DNA of 64,000 bases from Dicyema japonicum. Lineage: Eukaryota; Animalia; Dicyemida. This document shows, piece after piece, positions 27,300-40,984 of this stretch. Each line of letters opens with the position of its first letter. The first letter of the stretch is position 1. The translations under genes and the position numbers were made by a program. The notes beneath the pieces are model-generated. The model saw only the letters and a list, made by a program, of their open reading frames with translations, did not search any database and was not told where the DNA came from. The stretch is from contig RDEW01000018.1 of the NCBI GenBank assembly GCA_011109175.1, forward strand, positions 351,405 to 415,404, written 5' to 3'.

Positions 27300-27900
27300 G
27301 TTGCACGAGAAAAAAAGACATGATTTTTTATAAGGAAGCTAAGTAGATATTTCTTGCAATAAAAGTACTTCACCACCTTAACTCTTACCAAATAAGCATT
27401 TGGGTAACTGAAAAGTGATGAGTACATTATAAATTCTCACTATCCAATAACAAGCCCTCTCTTAGAGTAGTTTACCATAAAATTATCCTTATCATCTTTT
27501 CCACATATTGTAATCAGTCACTTCTGCTCTTTTGACATCTTATTGATTATCCCCAATTAAAACATACCTGTCACGTAAATCGGTTTTAAACACATGTGAC
27601 TTTAATCCCATGCTTATACTTAACCACAATACTTCTAAAGTATCTTCAACTCGACTGTATGAATGCAACTTTTTTAATGGGTGGCCTATCTAATAAGAGA
27701 CAACTTCATCCCAGATAACAACCAGCGGTATAATCATTACTTTACAGTCATAAAAAACGAGAGCTCGCCTCAAAAAAGTAGTTCTCGTGACATATTTCAA
27801 CTTGTTGGAGGCGATAATTCCGTGGTACACCTCTCTAGAATCTTTGAATTATTTTAACTAAAATAATATTTAATATGCTTCATTAGGCAGACTAATTAAA
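27300..27900 (-). mobile_element. Old PIF1-like helicase remnant (probable Helitron)
   Basis: Ordered motif remnants VVIWDE (motif II), VLIGDNQ (motif III) and FSRAT (motif VI), with many stops. Confidence 0.35.
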
Positions 27901-28760
27901 GGGAACTCATTTTCAGCTTAATTTACAATTTATTAAATTTATGAGATAATTGCTGACATCACTTAATTAAGGTTAACAATGATTTAGAATGAAATTAATC
28001 AAAACTGAATAAAACTGACTTTTTCATAGATTGGATTAATTTTAGCAAATTTCCCAAGAGAGCTATTATCACTTGTTATGAATATTTAGATCGTCTTCCT
28101 AAATCTTTTTTTAAAAAAATCATTTAATGCAAATTCAAAAAGCAAAACAGTGAAGATTAGTTTAAAAGTGAAATTTTAGTATTATAAAATCAAAATCAAT
28201 TTTTTGCTAAAATTTACAAATTATTGTAATAGTTGGATGATGTCTGTTCAGCTGCTGGGAAGGTAGAAATATTAAAGTGGCATAAATATGTGAGCTCACC
28301 AGTGATGTGACGTTTGTTTTTTTTGCTGTGGAAATCTTCGGGGCCGCACACATCGTCCTACACTTCCCTTGAAAGAATCGGAAATCTAAACTAGATAATC
28401 TCAGGAAAGATGCTTGTTATTCAAGCGAATTTCCTTCCCAGTCTAGAGAAAGAATAGTCATACAACCAGATCTGAGGTCCCTAGCTCTAATTTGTTGTTT
28501 GAGTGATGTTTTAAAAGTTATTTTTTTAAGTGAAATTTTTAAAAATGTCAGTTAAATCAGAAAAAGTTATTGTTAGTAAACCAAAAAAGAAAACCGAGGA
28601 AAGTTAAGTTAGACATTGCAGAGCTGAGGTCCCTAGCTCTAATTTGCTGTTTGAATGATGTTTTAAAAGTTATTTTTTTAAGTGAAATTTTTAAAAATGT
28701 CAGTTAAATCAGAAAAAGTTATTGTTAGTAAACCAAAAAAGAAAACCGAGGAAAGTTAAG

Positions 28761-31629
28761 TTAGACATTGCAGTTAACCATATTTGGATAATTGCAGACG
28801 TTTATGGTTGTGTCGAAGAGCAAATTTCCAGGACAATTTATAGGAGTGGCCATTTGTCCAACAAATTCACAGTTGATAAATTTTTTGCATCCATTGACTG
28901 CAAAATATCCGACTTTCTTGCATTTCCCGTCTAAATGGCATTATTGAAGTAAAACCTCCATCAATATTATCGTTGTTACCGGTTAGGTGTTCTGTAGAGG
29001 CTTTGTCGTTACATTTTACAAGGTACAGTTGATAAATTTTTTGCATCCATTGACTGCAAAATATCCGACTTTCTTGCATTTCCCGTCTAAATGGCATTAT
29101 TGAAGTAAAACCTCCATCAATATTATCGTTGTTACCGGTTAGGTGTTCTGTAGAGGCTTTGTCGTTACATTTCACGAGGTATTTAAAGTTACAGAATTTG
29201 ATATTATTGTCGAAAAGTGTTCCAGCGGGGCAATTAATAAAGTATCCTTGATACCCAACTAATCCACAAACGACAATTTTACGACATTCATCCCACGGAA
29301 AATATCCTAGTTTTTTACAATTCCCATCTTTAGTTAATCAGAATATAACCAGAATCTAAAACATCATTTTCATCTTTGGATTCATTGGTCGAAGGTGCCT
29401 TTGTAGTAGTTGTCGTTTCTCGGGTGGTGGAGCTTGGTGTGGTCGGCACAGTTTTGGTAGACCTCATAGTAGTAGTCCTTTCTTGGGTGGTGGAACTTCG
29501 TGTGGTCGGCACGGTTTTGGTAGACTTTATAGTAGTCATCGTTTTTTGGGTGGTGGAGCCTTGTGAATTTGGTGCTCTGGTAGATGACTTTACTGTGATT
29601 GCTTTAGTGGAAGTGGTTCGTAATTGAGTAGTTGAGGATGTGGTTTCTAAATAACCACAATTTTTACTTTTTTCAGTGGTTAAATCAGTTGTAGATTCTG
29701 AGCTTTCACAGTTTACCAAATATTCCCAGTTACACGTGCTAGTCTTTACATCGAAAAGTAAGCCATCTCCACATCTTTGAACATATCCTGTGCTCCCAAT
29801 TTGTGCACAATTCAGAAATTTTGTACAACCATCAAAAGGAACATAACCGATACTCTGGCAGACGTCATCTACTTTGAATATTGTGGTAACTTTTATCAGT
29901 AACAGCTACGTCATTTTTAGAAGAAACAGTGGTTAGGGTCGTCGTTGACTCACGAGGAGTTGGTTTTGTATTATAAATCGACTCCCAGTCCTTGATTTAT
30001 GCGAAATATTACAATTCCAGGATAAATATTGAGTTCCTTGTGGATTGCTCCAATCAGAGGACTTTTTCCGTTATGGCATTGTTTTCCGCTAAAGTCATCA
30101 AAATCTAAGGTCCACACGAAAATTCCTGCCAATCCGTTGTTTTTCACATAATTTGCCTGAGATTTAAAATATAAGCAACCTTCTCACGAATGCTTCTGGT
30201 TGTCNCAGTGGTTAGGGTCGTCGTTGACTCACGAGGAGTTGGTTTTGTATTATAAATCGACTCCCAGTCCTTGATTTATGCGAAATATTACAATTCCAGG
30301 ATAAATATTGAGTTCCTTGTGGATTGCTCCAATCAGAGGACTTTTTCCGTTATGGCATTGTTTTCCGCTAAAGTCATCGAAATCTAAGGTCCACACGAAA
30401 ATTCCGGCCAATCCGTTGTTTTTCACATAATTTGCCTGAGATTTAAAATATAAGCAACCTTCTCACGAATGCTTCTGGTTGTCTCGTACCCGAGCCAGTA
30501 ATTATCCTTCTCTCCATGCGCCACTTTCTGGGTGTCGTCCCAAACATTATTGTATCCTTCATTACAATACTAAAGTTATTCAGAACAAAAACTTCAAGAT
30601 AAGATAAAATCCCACTGTTGTACAGAATATGCCCCATTGGAGTTCCTCCGACTTTTACATCCCCGACATGTGGGTTCTTTGTGGTAGTTTTAAATCCTTG
30701 ACCATATGTAGGGATCCCAATGAGGATCTTCGACAGTGGAATTCCCTGACTGTGCCAATACCTTACGGCAAAATCCTAAAGTGAGAAATTTAGATACAGT
30801 GCAGAATTGGTTATTCTCATTCGAGCAATATAATCCAGTGTGATGACCAACCACACGTGAAAATTGACCATAAAAATCATACGTCATGATGTTAATATAA
30901 TCGAGGTATCTATTTCGGGTCAGTAGGCACAGTTACTTGGAAACACTCGGAATATCGTAGGAAACTGAAGCTTTCCCCATTCCAGCAGAAACTGCGGCTG
31001 TCAGCAAAAATGTGTCTGAGCTATCTCGCTTGAATTCTTCACTTAGAGCCTAAGATTACTTCGGTTAATTACTTTCATCATTCGAGTGTATTTTTCCTTG
31101 TCATTTGGATATTCCCAGTCAACGTCAAATCCATCAAAATTATATTTTTTGAGATAATTTTTTGTATTTTCAGCAAATAATTTGCTGTTCTTCTCATTAC
31201 TTGAGACTAATTGAAATTCACTAAGGAGTCTTTCCCATCCCCCAACTGACAAGAGAACTTTGAGGTCCGGATTTATGTTTTTTAATGAAGTGACTTTTCT
31301 GAAGTTGTCAAGCCCGCCTATTTTCAAATTCAATCATCATACTTGGCAAATCAGACCAGGGATCAGTTGGAGTTGGAGTGAGAGTGTAACTGTCAATATT
31401 TGCAAATGCATATATCACGTGCGTGCAGAGATATGGATACATATATTTGGAATCGTATTTCGCATTTCCATTCCTGTAGACTGCCCAATTGGTGTAGTAG
31501 CACATCAAGATTTTATCTAAATTCTGTATTTTTGGTACCATTTTGGTTTGTTATGTCGAAAAACGAAGTCTAAAATTAGATTATTTATCACTAAATTACA
31601 GTTAATAGACTGAACAGAGAAAGTAACAT
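28761..31629 (-). CDS. Secreted GH18 chitinase: signal peptide, catalytic domain, CBM14, Thr-rich linker, CBM14, CBM14
   Basis: ATG at 31629 (MLLSLFSLLT|TSFF..), CYYTNW, LCTHVIYAFA, SVGGW, FDGFDVDWEYP, IMTYDF and WTLDFDDF. Three 6-Cys peritrophin-A domains at about 29712-29873, 29165-29325 and 28764-28930. About 12 introns of 22-30 nt; the model is interrupted by two tandem duplications. Confidence 0.9.
29400..29560 (-). repeat. Diverged 60-bp coding repeat (about 2.5 copies) in the chitinase Thr-rich linker
   Basis: TTIKSTKTVPTTRSSTTQ / TTMRSTKTVPTTPSSTTR. Confidence 0.8.
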
Positions 31630-31899
31630 TTTGACAAAAATATTAAAAGTGAAAATTTTATTAAAATATGGTTAACCAGTATAAATAAATATTAAAAAAA
31701 CATTTATAAAATCAAAATTAAATATTTATTTACAAATATTTATCTTGATAGAATTATTCTTTGTCTTTCTCACAGTTGCTTCTTTCCATTCCTTCATCAT
31801 GCAAGGGAAGTGCCTAATTCATAAATGACGACGTTGTTTGTCAAACAGATTACATGACCTCAATATTTTTAAATAAAAAAATAAGATATAAAATAAAAG

Positions 31900-33540
31900 C
31901 AACTGATCATCTGTAGCATAATTATGAATGGGTACTGGTCATAGGATATTACCAAGTGAGAGTAAGTTTAGTGAGATTAGTGATANCAATATTTTTAAAT
32001 AAAAAAATAAGATATAAAATAAAAGCAACTGATCTGTAGCATAATTATGAATGGGTACTGGTCATAGGATATTACCAAGTGAGAGTAAGTTTAGTGAAAT
32101 TAGTGATAAATTTTAAAGTACAAATTTGGTATTTTGATGGTTTTGGAGAATTATAAAAAATTAATAAACTTGAGCCATCTTGAATAATCTTGCGCACTTC
32201 GTGAAATGATCGACGTATACAATCTAAATTTGAAAATAGAATTTATCATTAAGTATCAAAAACACGTTGGTTGTCTGTAAAACAAAAGACCATGATTGCC
32301 ACATCCAACTTAATACAAGTTAGTGAGACCGGATTACTTAACTTTCATTCGTTTTTTAATAGCTGTACGACGAGAGTATGCCATTTTTTCATTTACAATT
32401 GAGAGAAAAGAATTCCGAAAAAAGAGTTTATCTCTCTGTGACAAGATTTTCAATTAACTATAACTTTTATTTTGACTTTACTTTTGTTTTATTACCAAGT
32501 GGTCAACCATTTTGGCATACATGTGAGGAATTCTTATATATGGGGGTCTTTGGTATTTTTATTGTTCCCCCAATTTGAACGAGAAGCTCCTCGCAAATTA
32601 ATATATACTTAGGTTAACTCAATTATCTTTTCAGGTTTGTATTTTACGCCATTCTGAGTTTTTTAAGGAAACCAAAACTCATTGAGGCGATCATCCATTA
32701 TTTAACTTTTCAAGCCCCATGAAAAAATTAAGAATGTGAAAATTATCGAAAATGGTGGTATTTTGAAATATTAATTTTTTTATCACAACACTTTACTCCG
32801 CGTGACGTTAACATTACGCATTCACTCAATGTGATGTAATGTGATCCAATTGTCTAAGAGGCATCATTAGGCCACTTCAAAAAGGATTATTTTCTTTCCC
32901 CCACTCTATTGATTGCTTGACGATAAATATTTCCCGTGGTAATTGTCATATTTGTTTTAACTGAACATACATTTACTTTAAACGTACTGACATATTTGGG
33001 TCTCAGAATTCTGGCGTCTTATCGGACAGTGTACCAATCCAATATCATCGCATGAAATCATCGATTAAGTGTATCAAAAAGACAAAATTGAATACGCACA
33101 GCAGTGAAGGTCGATACTCTTATAAAATATAGAGATCAATTAGTTTTCAAGCATTTTTTTATACAATTCGTTATTTTTTTTAAGTGGCATCGATAGCAAA
33201 AAAGGCGACAGAGGAGAAGAATGGCTGATTGAACGGATTTCGATATAAACCGTAGAACAATGAGTTCTCAATCGATAGAGTCGTACTTGGAAATAATGTT
33301 TTTTGTTTATTTTGTAGTAATCCCAAACAAAATTCTTCAGGAGAAGGTCAAGGAAAAGAAATAAAAGGTTCTGTTAGATCGGTTGTGGTTGAGAATGCTG
33401 GAGGAATAAACCGGAAATTGTTTCGCTTCCTCAAGAAACTGAGATGTCTGGCTACACTCAAAAGCCGTGACCCATGTGATAGCCGGTGGCTTCTCCATTT
33501 CCAACAAAATAAATTGATTAATCAATGACTTTTAAAAAAA
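31900..33540 (-). mobile_element. Decayed Ty3/Gypsy pol remnant
   Basis: Ordered remnants on the minus strand: DLTEPF (RT-RNase H connector), YDSID*EL (RNase H NYS..E.EL-like) and VDHFTK (integrase). Confidence 0.4.
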
Positions 33541-33559
33541 TCCTACATAAGGCCGAAGA

Positions 33560-34120
33560 TAGCGTGTATTGAAGCTATATAGATAGTACCCTGAACCAAC
33601 TAGAAGACGGTAATATACAACTATATGACAAACCATTGTTCCTATAATTGAATATTCTTGTACTCCCTGGAGATTTGCAATCTCTGCGTACACGTCTGAC
33701 AAAATAAGCTCATTACATGAGAAGACTAGATCCTACCTTCGACACTTTCCCGTCCAAGTTGTAATATGCTTATATACAATCATTATCACTAAAGAAGACT
33801 TTGGTGAGTATAATTGTATTATATAGACGACAAACCAGTCCTTGGGAACACAATTTTGAGTCAGAAAATTGATTGAAAACATTTATTCCACTCTAATTTG
33901 TATGAAACCCCTATTCAAGGAAATGCTCTCAATGAGCCAGCTCTTTTATCTTTTATTATTTTCCTTCACGATGAGCGATCCGATTTTTTATACCAAGATC
34001 AGTGATCTGCTTCCTATGATTCCTGACGNAGCCAGACAAGTCAGACGATGCTAGTAAGCTCAGGTTTTATCTCGTCTATGATCTTTGAGTTAGATTTGAG
34101 TATGAATAAATTTATTCTTG
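33560..34120 (+). mobile_element. 3' fragment of the APE-RT LINE family
   Basis: IVPIIEYSCTPWRFAI parallels IVPTIEYACSARRFAI in ORF 3952-4374. Confidence 0.5.
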
Positions 34121-34559
34121 TAAAGAGTTTCTTATCATATTAAAAAAATTGAAAATTAGTGTCGAGAAAAAGGTTTATCTTTATTTCTAAAAAAATGTAC
34201 TGTTTTTTGGATTGTCATGAACGGGAAAAAGTCTAATATTTGTTTGAATAGTGGAGCAATTAAATCTATAGATCGCTAACAATATCTTGGAGTGTGTGAA
34301 TTCAAAAGGTTCTTATAAGAAGCACATCTAGAATAGAGGAAAAAGCTACTGCAATGTTGAAATCGTTTCTTTGATTTCATTTGATTCTGGAAACTTTTCT
34401 CTATGTATATACTGCTAGTATAGAACTATTCCTGATCTATGGCTTCTAAGATTGGATTAAATGTGATCAGTAGAGTGATTTTTGTCAAAAAAGTCGAAAA
34501 TTCATGCTTTTTAAAATTGTTGAAAACTTATAAAAATGTGATTTTTAATCAAAAATATT

Positions 34560-34790
34560 ATAGACCGCTACCGTTTTGTGCCGGTAGCAATCGAGACATC
34601 TGGTGCGGCTGGAAGTATTACAGCCTCTTTTCTAAAGGAAATCGGGGGAAAATTGGCCCACCGCAAGAAAGACGTGCGGGAAGCGGTCTGGCTGAGGCAA
34701 AGAATTGGTATCGCAGTTGTTCGTGGAAACGCTTACTCCGTGATGTCAGCAGCCGCTCTCATCCATAGTTAATAAATAATATTTTATTGT
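34560..34790 (+). mobile_element. CRE-like element 3' fragment
   Basis: RFVPVAIETSG..WLRQRIGIAVVRGNAYSV, then stop and an AT-rich tail. Confidence 0.75.
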
Positions 34791-35949
34791 TAATAAATTT
34801 TTGATAGTTTAAAAAAAAAATAATATATAAATCAAAGGTTATAAAGTCAAAAAAGTCAAAATTTAATTTTTTACGTCAATAAAGTCAAAAATTTTTATTT
34901 ATTTTTATTTGGTATTTATTAATTGTTAGAGTTTTTGAATAAAATACTAATGTGTAATCAAGTGTTATGCCGCATTCAAATCAGGAAAGTCAATGAAAAG
35001 GTTAAGATCGTTATTAGAAAATATCCTGGTGAATTTTTCTGTCAACTCACGAATTATCTAAAAACAGCTTATTTATTAATTGTTAGAGTTTTTGAATAAA
35101 ATACTAACGTGTAATCAACTGTTATGCCGCATTCAAATCAGGAAAGTCAATGAAAAGGTTAAGATCGTTATTAGAAAATATCCTGGTGAATTTTTCTGTC
35201 AACTCACGAATTATCTAAAAACAGCTTTTCATTGAATCTTTCGTCTATGAAACATTTCAAACTAACATGTCTATTATTTGTCACTATTTCACACGTGTTA
35301 CTGTAAAAATGTCTGATTTTCTCATTCCATTTACCGATTCTAGGATCAATGAGGTCACTAGTGCTTACTCGAATATGATTTTTTTTGCATAAGTCGAACG
35401 TTAAAGTTAAAAAAACTTGTTGAGATTGGATGTCGTTTTACTTTTTTCTTTGCAAAAGTGTAGAAAATTTATGGGTATCTAAGTTGATGAAAATTATTGT
35501 AAATTTTTATTGAAGTAAAAAATAACTGTAATTTCATGAAAATGGAATTTTCATGATGTCGTTTTACTTTTTTCTTTGCAAAAGTGTAGAAAATTTATGG
35601 ATACCTAAGTTGATGAAAATTATTGTAAATTTTTATTGAAGTAAAAAATAACTGTAATTTCATGAAAATGGAATTTTCATAAAAATATGCTTGAAAGTAA
35701 TCTATTAAAATGAATTTATCAATTTATCTGCTATATTACGTCAATATTGGTTTATAGATTGATAAGGATGACATAATAAACTATTTCACAGTAGAAGACG
35801 CAGCTAGAATATTCAAAATTTTATTTCAGTAACGATTTATGCAGGATTAAGAAGTATCTGGAATAAGTCAATTTTTAGGTCAAATTTTCTAAAGTCAAAA
35901 TAAAAATCGCACTAATTATAAGGCATTTCAGGGAGATCATTTTTTGTAA

Positions 35950-36530
35950 CTTTAGCCTTTAATACGTCAGGAATTCTTACCCCATTAGTGGACGATCTAG
36001 TTTATCGGATTGGCTCGATCATCCAAGGGGTCGCAAAGGATTTACGCGGAACTGGGTGCCTTGGCTCAATAAGCCAGCTCCTCTTTCGATAATCCATTTT
36101 CACCAGNTTCACAGTAGAAGACGCAGCTAGAATATTCAAAATTTTATTTCAGTAACGATTTATGCAGGATTAAGAAGTATCTGGAATAAGTCAATTTTTT
36201 AGGTCAAAATTTCGAATTTATAAAGTCAAAATAAAAATTGCACTAATTATAAGGCATTTCAGGGAGATCATTTTTTGTAACTTTAGCCTTTAATACGTCA
36301 GGAATTCTTACCCCATTAGTGAACGATCTAGTTTATCGGATTGGCTCAATTATCCAAGGGGTCGCAAAGGATTTACGCGGAACTGGGTGCCTTGGCTCAA
36401 TAAGCCAGCTCCTCTTTCGATAATCCATTTTCACCAGATAAATTTCAGAAGGGTTAGTGAGTTGCTCCCCGTGGTCCTCAATGTTCCGACCGAGGCCGAT
36501 TCAGAAATGAACTATCCTTTATTGAGTGAA
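35950..36530 (-). mobile_element. Probable CRE-like 3' remnant
   Basis: GTLRTTGSNSLTLLKFI resembles ETxGxxGP..L.LLK.I. GC-richer than its flanks and heavily degraded. Confidence 0.3.
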
Positions 36531-37085
36531 TTTGTCAATAATTTAATATGCGATAAATTTACCAGCGATGTAATTACTGGTCATAAATTTACCCGAGTAC
36601 ATCATTTCGTCTATATACACGAGATGGAGATAAGAGGAGATATTCATCATGAAAAATATTAAAACTATCGTAAATATAGCAATTCACAAAATTCCTTACC
36701 GTGTCTTATTTTATTCAGTCATGACTTCCATTAATCATATAACAATATGGATATTTCGTGGGCTTAGTACACTAATATATTAATTTTCGGTAAATTATAA
36801 CCCCACTATCCATCCCTAATAAACTAGGAGACATTGGAAATTTTAAGAAATGCAACAATGCACGGATTCGAATTCCGTCTAGCCAAAATTAAAGGAATTT
36901 AGGTAAGAATAACGTTAATCGAAGAAGAAAGAGAGTTATTGGTTAGTCAGTAACAGCTCTCTCTTAATACCAGACTACAATCAATGAAAACTGTCAAATT
37001 AAACTTTAAGCCTTCGATGCTGTTTGCGAGGGTAAAAACATTGACAAATATTAGAATATTAAAGAGAACCGAAAATTAGGCAATT

Positions 37086-38156
37086 TTAGCTAAAATCGTG
37101 AACTACACGAACGAAGACATCCACCGACTGAGGGGGAATATCCGGGTAGATTCCGTGTCCAAGGTTGGCTATAAATCGTCGTCCCTTGAATTTCCGAATC
37201 ATTTCCTTAACATACGCCTCCAAATTCTCTTCAGTCGAATAAAGAGCCGCCGGATCGAGGTTTCCTTGAAGAACTTTTCCGTTCATTTCTCCGAGTTCTT
37301 TCAAATCCACAGTCCAGTCCAAGCCAATAACTTCGTACCCCGTCTCATAAGCCAACCATTGAAGCTCTGAAGTCACACAGCCCTTGGCAAATATTATCAT
37401 CGGAGCATAAGCTCCTCCCAGGATATCTCTCACTAGGCTATTGATGGTCCTCAGCGAAGGAAGAAGGTATTTTTTGAGGTGGAATTTTGACAAAAACCCG
37501 GCATTCGACTCGAATACCTGTAACAGTTGGGCCCCAGCTTTCACTTGGAGACTCAAATGCTGAGCAATTATTCGGCTGAAAGAATCGAACACGTGTTGAA
37601 CAGTTGATTCTGGCTGCTGGTAGAGCCACTTCCTCGCCTCACTGAACGTCTTTGAAGGTGATCCTTCAATCATGTAGCTTAGAAGAGTCCAGGGACCTCC
37701 ACTGAAACCAATTAGCGGAACTCGACCATTCAAGTTCAGCCTCGTAAGTCTGATGGCTTCATATACATATTTAAGATCTCTTCCAAGATCTACGTCGAAG
37801 GTTATCTGGTCAATGGTCCTCATTGGAGATTCAATCACGGGTCCTTTCCCTGGGACCATTGATACGTTGAGACCAAGAGGAAAAAGAAGCACAAGGATGT
37901 CAGAAAAAATGATGGCTGCGTCCAATTCGAAGTATTTTAATGGAATCAGGGTTGCTTGACACGCCAGTTCGGGAGTTTGGCAGAGTTTAAAAAATCCGTG
38001 AGTCTGAGACAATTTCCGATAATCTTCGAGGTACCTCCCGGCTTGTCTCATGATCCAAATTGGGATTTTTGTTGTGGACCCATCCTTCGACTTGGAGACT
38101 TGCAGAATCAAATCATTCTTTAAAGGAGGAAAATTATTGATGTTTTCATTACTCAT
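37086..38156 (-). CDS. UROD: Uroporphyrinogen decarboxylase, 356 aa, single exon
   Basis: FPPLKND, PIWIMRQAGRYL, AAIIFSDIL, PLIGFSGGPWTL, QGNLDP and FIANLGHGIYP; complete uninterrupted ORF. Confidence 0.97.
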   Translation of the reverse strand: MSNENINNFPPLKNDLILQVSKSKDGSTTKIPIWIMRQAGRYLEDYRKLSQTHGFFKLCQTPELACQATLIPLKYFELDAAIIFSDILVLLFPLGLNVSMVPGKGPVIESPMRTIDQITFDVDLGRDLKYVYEAIRLTRLNLNGRVPLIGFSGGPWTLLSYMIEGSPSKTFSEARKWLYQQPESTVQHVFDSFSRIIAQHLSLQVKAGAQLLQVFESNAGFLSKFHLKKYLLPSLRTINSLVRDILGGAYAPMIIFAKGCVTSELQWLAYETGYEVIGLDWTVDLKELGEMNGKVLQGNLDPAALYSTEENLEAYVKEMIRKFKGRRFIANLGHGIYPDIPPQSVDVFVRVVHDFS

Positions 38157-39989
38157 GTTTTGCCGATTTAAATTAATAATCTATTGAAAATAATATAATT
38201 ATAGGTTTTATTAATATTATTATATTTCTTATTAAAAATATAATTTCTTAAAATAAAATGTACAGAAACTCAAATTCTAATAAAATGTTGACAAGTTATT
38301 AATTAACGCTTATTCGTTAATTTTTATTGTATATTTGCGTTTCCATACCTTTTATCTTTGGTTTATTAATTTTACATTAAATCCCCTTGACCTCTTAAGT
38401 CAATCACCCAATGCTCCAAAATACAACTTTCACAACAAAATTATCTAATCTGCTATTTTCTCGAATACACCACATTTTCCTTATCAATTAATTATACCAT
38501 TTCTTTCCTGAGTTCCGAAATCTTTTAAGAGATTTAAAAGCCCAATTTTGTTCCATCAATGATTTAAACAATAAAGCCGATTCATCCCATTTAACGCGTC
38601 CTAACATGTTAAAATTCTCAGAAATTGATGTTTCAAATTTTATTGCCTTTCTTATGGTTTTATCCAAGTTATTCAAATAAACTCAAAAAATAACTCAAAT
38701 ATTTCCTAAAGAAGGCGTTTCGCTTTTGGGCAACTATGAGATTATTGTGCTATCTCCTCGTATTTTACATCCACCAATGGTCCTCTTGTATTATCCCCAT
38801 CTCATTCTTCGCTTTCCACCCGACAGTAAATCTTTTAGATCTTTTTCTTAAGCTTTACGTCTCGCTTCGAAACATCAACTTGATAATCAGCGATTAAATA
38901 TTTAAATCTGTTCTTTCGTTAATATTCAATGACTTTTCATAATTCCACAGGCCATTTCACGTCATTACTATCAGATCGACTTTGACGTTCGTATAATGTA
39001 TCGACTCTAGTAATACTTAATTTTTCAGAGAATAGGTTATTTTAGAAAGTAGTTATTCTACTCTCGCCGACTTTATTGATGTGGTATTAGAGGCCAACTT
39101 AATTAAAAATCGCTTTTCGTGCTCATAATATTTTTTCTAAATTTAAAATGGTAATTTATTACATTAGAGCATTTCTATAATTTAAACCTCTTGAATAACC
39201 GGACGATTGCTATCGATATGCACTTTCGAAGCTATTTTGTCTTGCATTGATCCTTGGGAACTTTTTGGAACATCGAACTGATACGACGGATTACGTCATA
39301 TCTTTGTAAATCATAGATTTCTGACGCCTCCACATAGAAAGGGATTAACAAATAATCTTCCGAAATATTTTGTATTTTTTATGATCTTCGGTTTACTTGA
39401 AACTGGGTCCGATGAAAAAGCAGCCAATTTTTTCTAGAGTTAAAACAAAAATGTTGCCGTTAGAGAGATAGAAAATCTTCTTTGTAATAGAAAAAAATTG
39501 AAATTGATTTTGTGATGGAGGAAACAGTTTTTTAGCCTAAAAATCAAAACGGCTGTTTACGAACTTGGAAGTAGCCTTCTTTTGTCTCCAAATGATTCCC
39601 GCATTCGATTTTTGTCAAAATCCAAGAATATTCAGAGAATGGAAACCTGTGATTCGAAAATCTAGAACAGTATCCTTTGTTTTCGAGAAAAATTAAGATT
39701 CCGCATACATGTTAAGTTAACTGCTTCACACTTTTGTGTGCTATTTTTGAGTCCAATCCTGCGACAATTCTAGGGAATCATGATTGATTTTGAAAAGACA
39801 ATATCAGGGGATTTTCCAAGGTTGCAATCGTCAAAGCATCAGAAACTTAGCGGAGTAAAAATATCTCGCACATTAGGATTGATCGCTAAAAGAAGGGGAC
39901 CAAGTCGATTGTCCTGTGTACTCTCATTTCGGTAAAAATGATTTAATTTCCTAAAATAGAGGGAGAAAGATTCGAATAATGGATTAATT

Positions 39990-40110
39990 TGTTTTGGACG
40001 CTTCGTATATCCGTAGCCGACCAAGGGCGATTCTACCGACTGTCTTTGACAAAGATCTTAAAGAAATTGGGAGATGCCTCAAGGACGAGAAAGATCTCGA
40101 CAGGTTGAGA
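39990..40110 (+). mobile_element. RTE-like 3' fragment
   Basis: RPRAILPTVFDKDL...KDEKDLDRLRD. Confidence 0.45.
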
Positions 40111-40590
40111 GACGAGATTGTTTGTATGTATGGATATTTCTATCCACTTCCATCAGCCTCAAGTACCCCTATGTGATTTAGTCGCGATCTCAAGGACGAG
40201 AAAGATCTCGACAGGTTGAGAGACGAGATTGTTTGTATGTATGGATATTTCTATCCACTTCCATCAGCCTCAAGTACCCCTATGTGATTTAGTCGCGATA
40301 CAATCCCATGTCATCATATAAAGAGTAACATGGACTCCCAATTTGTTCTCATGAAGAGTGTAATTGCACATCTCCACTTCAACTATTTATAAACTGTTTG
40401 GTTAGTAACACCCACTTCTATGATAGCTATCCGCCGATAAGTTATCTTGCATTTTCTACAACTGCACTTTATGAGTCCACAACTTTCTGGAATGTGATAT
40501 CCCATACTTTTTGCAAAAAAGTAGGAGGGGGCTCACAACCTCATTTTGCCCCCACACATAGTCGTGGTTTAGCATACCGCCACTCTTAGT
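40110..40590 (-). mobile_element. Diverged R4/Dong-like fragment
   Basis: CGGMLNHDYVW..NEVV, VEVE and MTWDCIATKSH parallel the C-terminus of the element at 50698-54142. Confidence 0.6.
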
Positions 40591-40984
40591 GTCTAAATGT
40601 CCCTTTCATTGAAGTCAATGTTAATGTCCCTTTCATGAAGTCAAATATTTAAATTTAATACAATTTGTATTAATTTGTAATTATGAATAATATAGTATAT
40701 TATGCTTTAAACCACGATTACTGAGCTATTTATTATTCATTTTACATTAAGTATAAACATAAAAATTTCTTTACCATTTGAATGACTTTATTACTTCGTT
40801 TATCGTCAGCCAATGAGAGATTGTTAAGGTACAACATTGAAATCACGATTACTGAGCTATTTATTATTCATTTTACATTAAGTATAAACATAAAAATTTC
40901 TTTACCATTTGAATGACTTTATTACTTCGTTTATCGTCAGCCAATGAGAGATTGTTAAGATACAACATTGAAATCACTAAGTCG

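Noticed and set aside
37086-38156. Bacterial horizontal transfer or contamination as the reason UROD lacks introns
   Set aside because: The N-terminus and motifs are eukaryote-like, there is no operon context, and the flanks match the rest of the window.
38300-39900. Possible gene upstream of UROD
   Set aside because: All frames contain frequent stops that plausible mini-introns do not remove. Probably an old TE relic.
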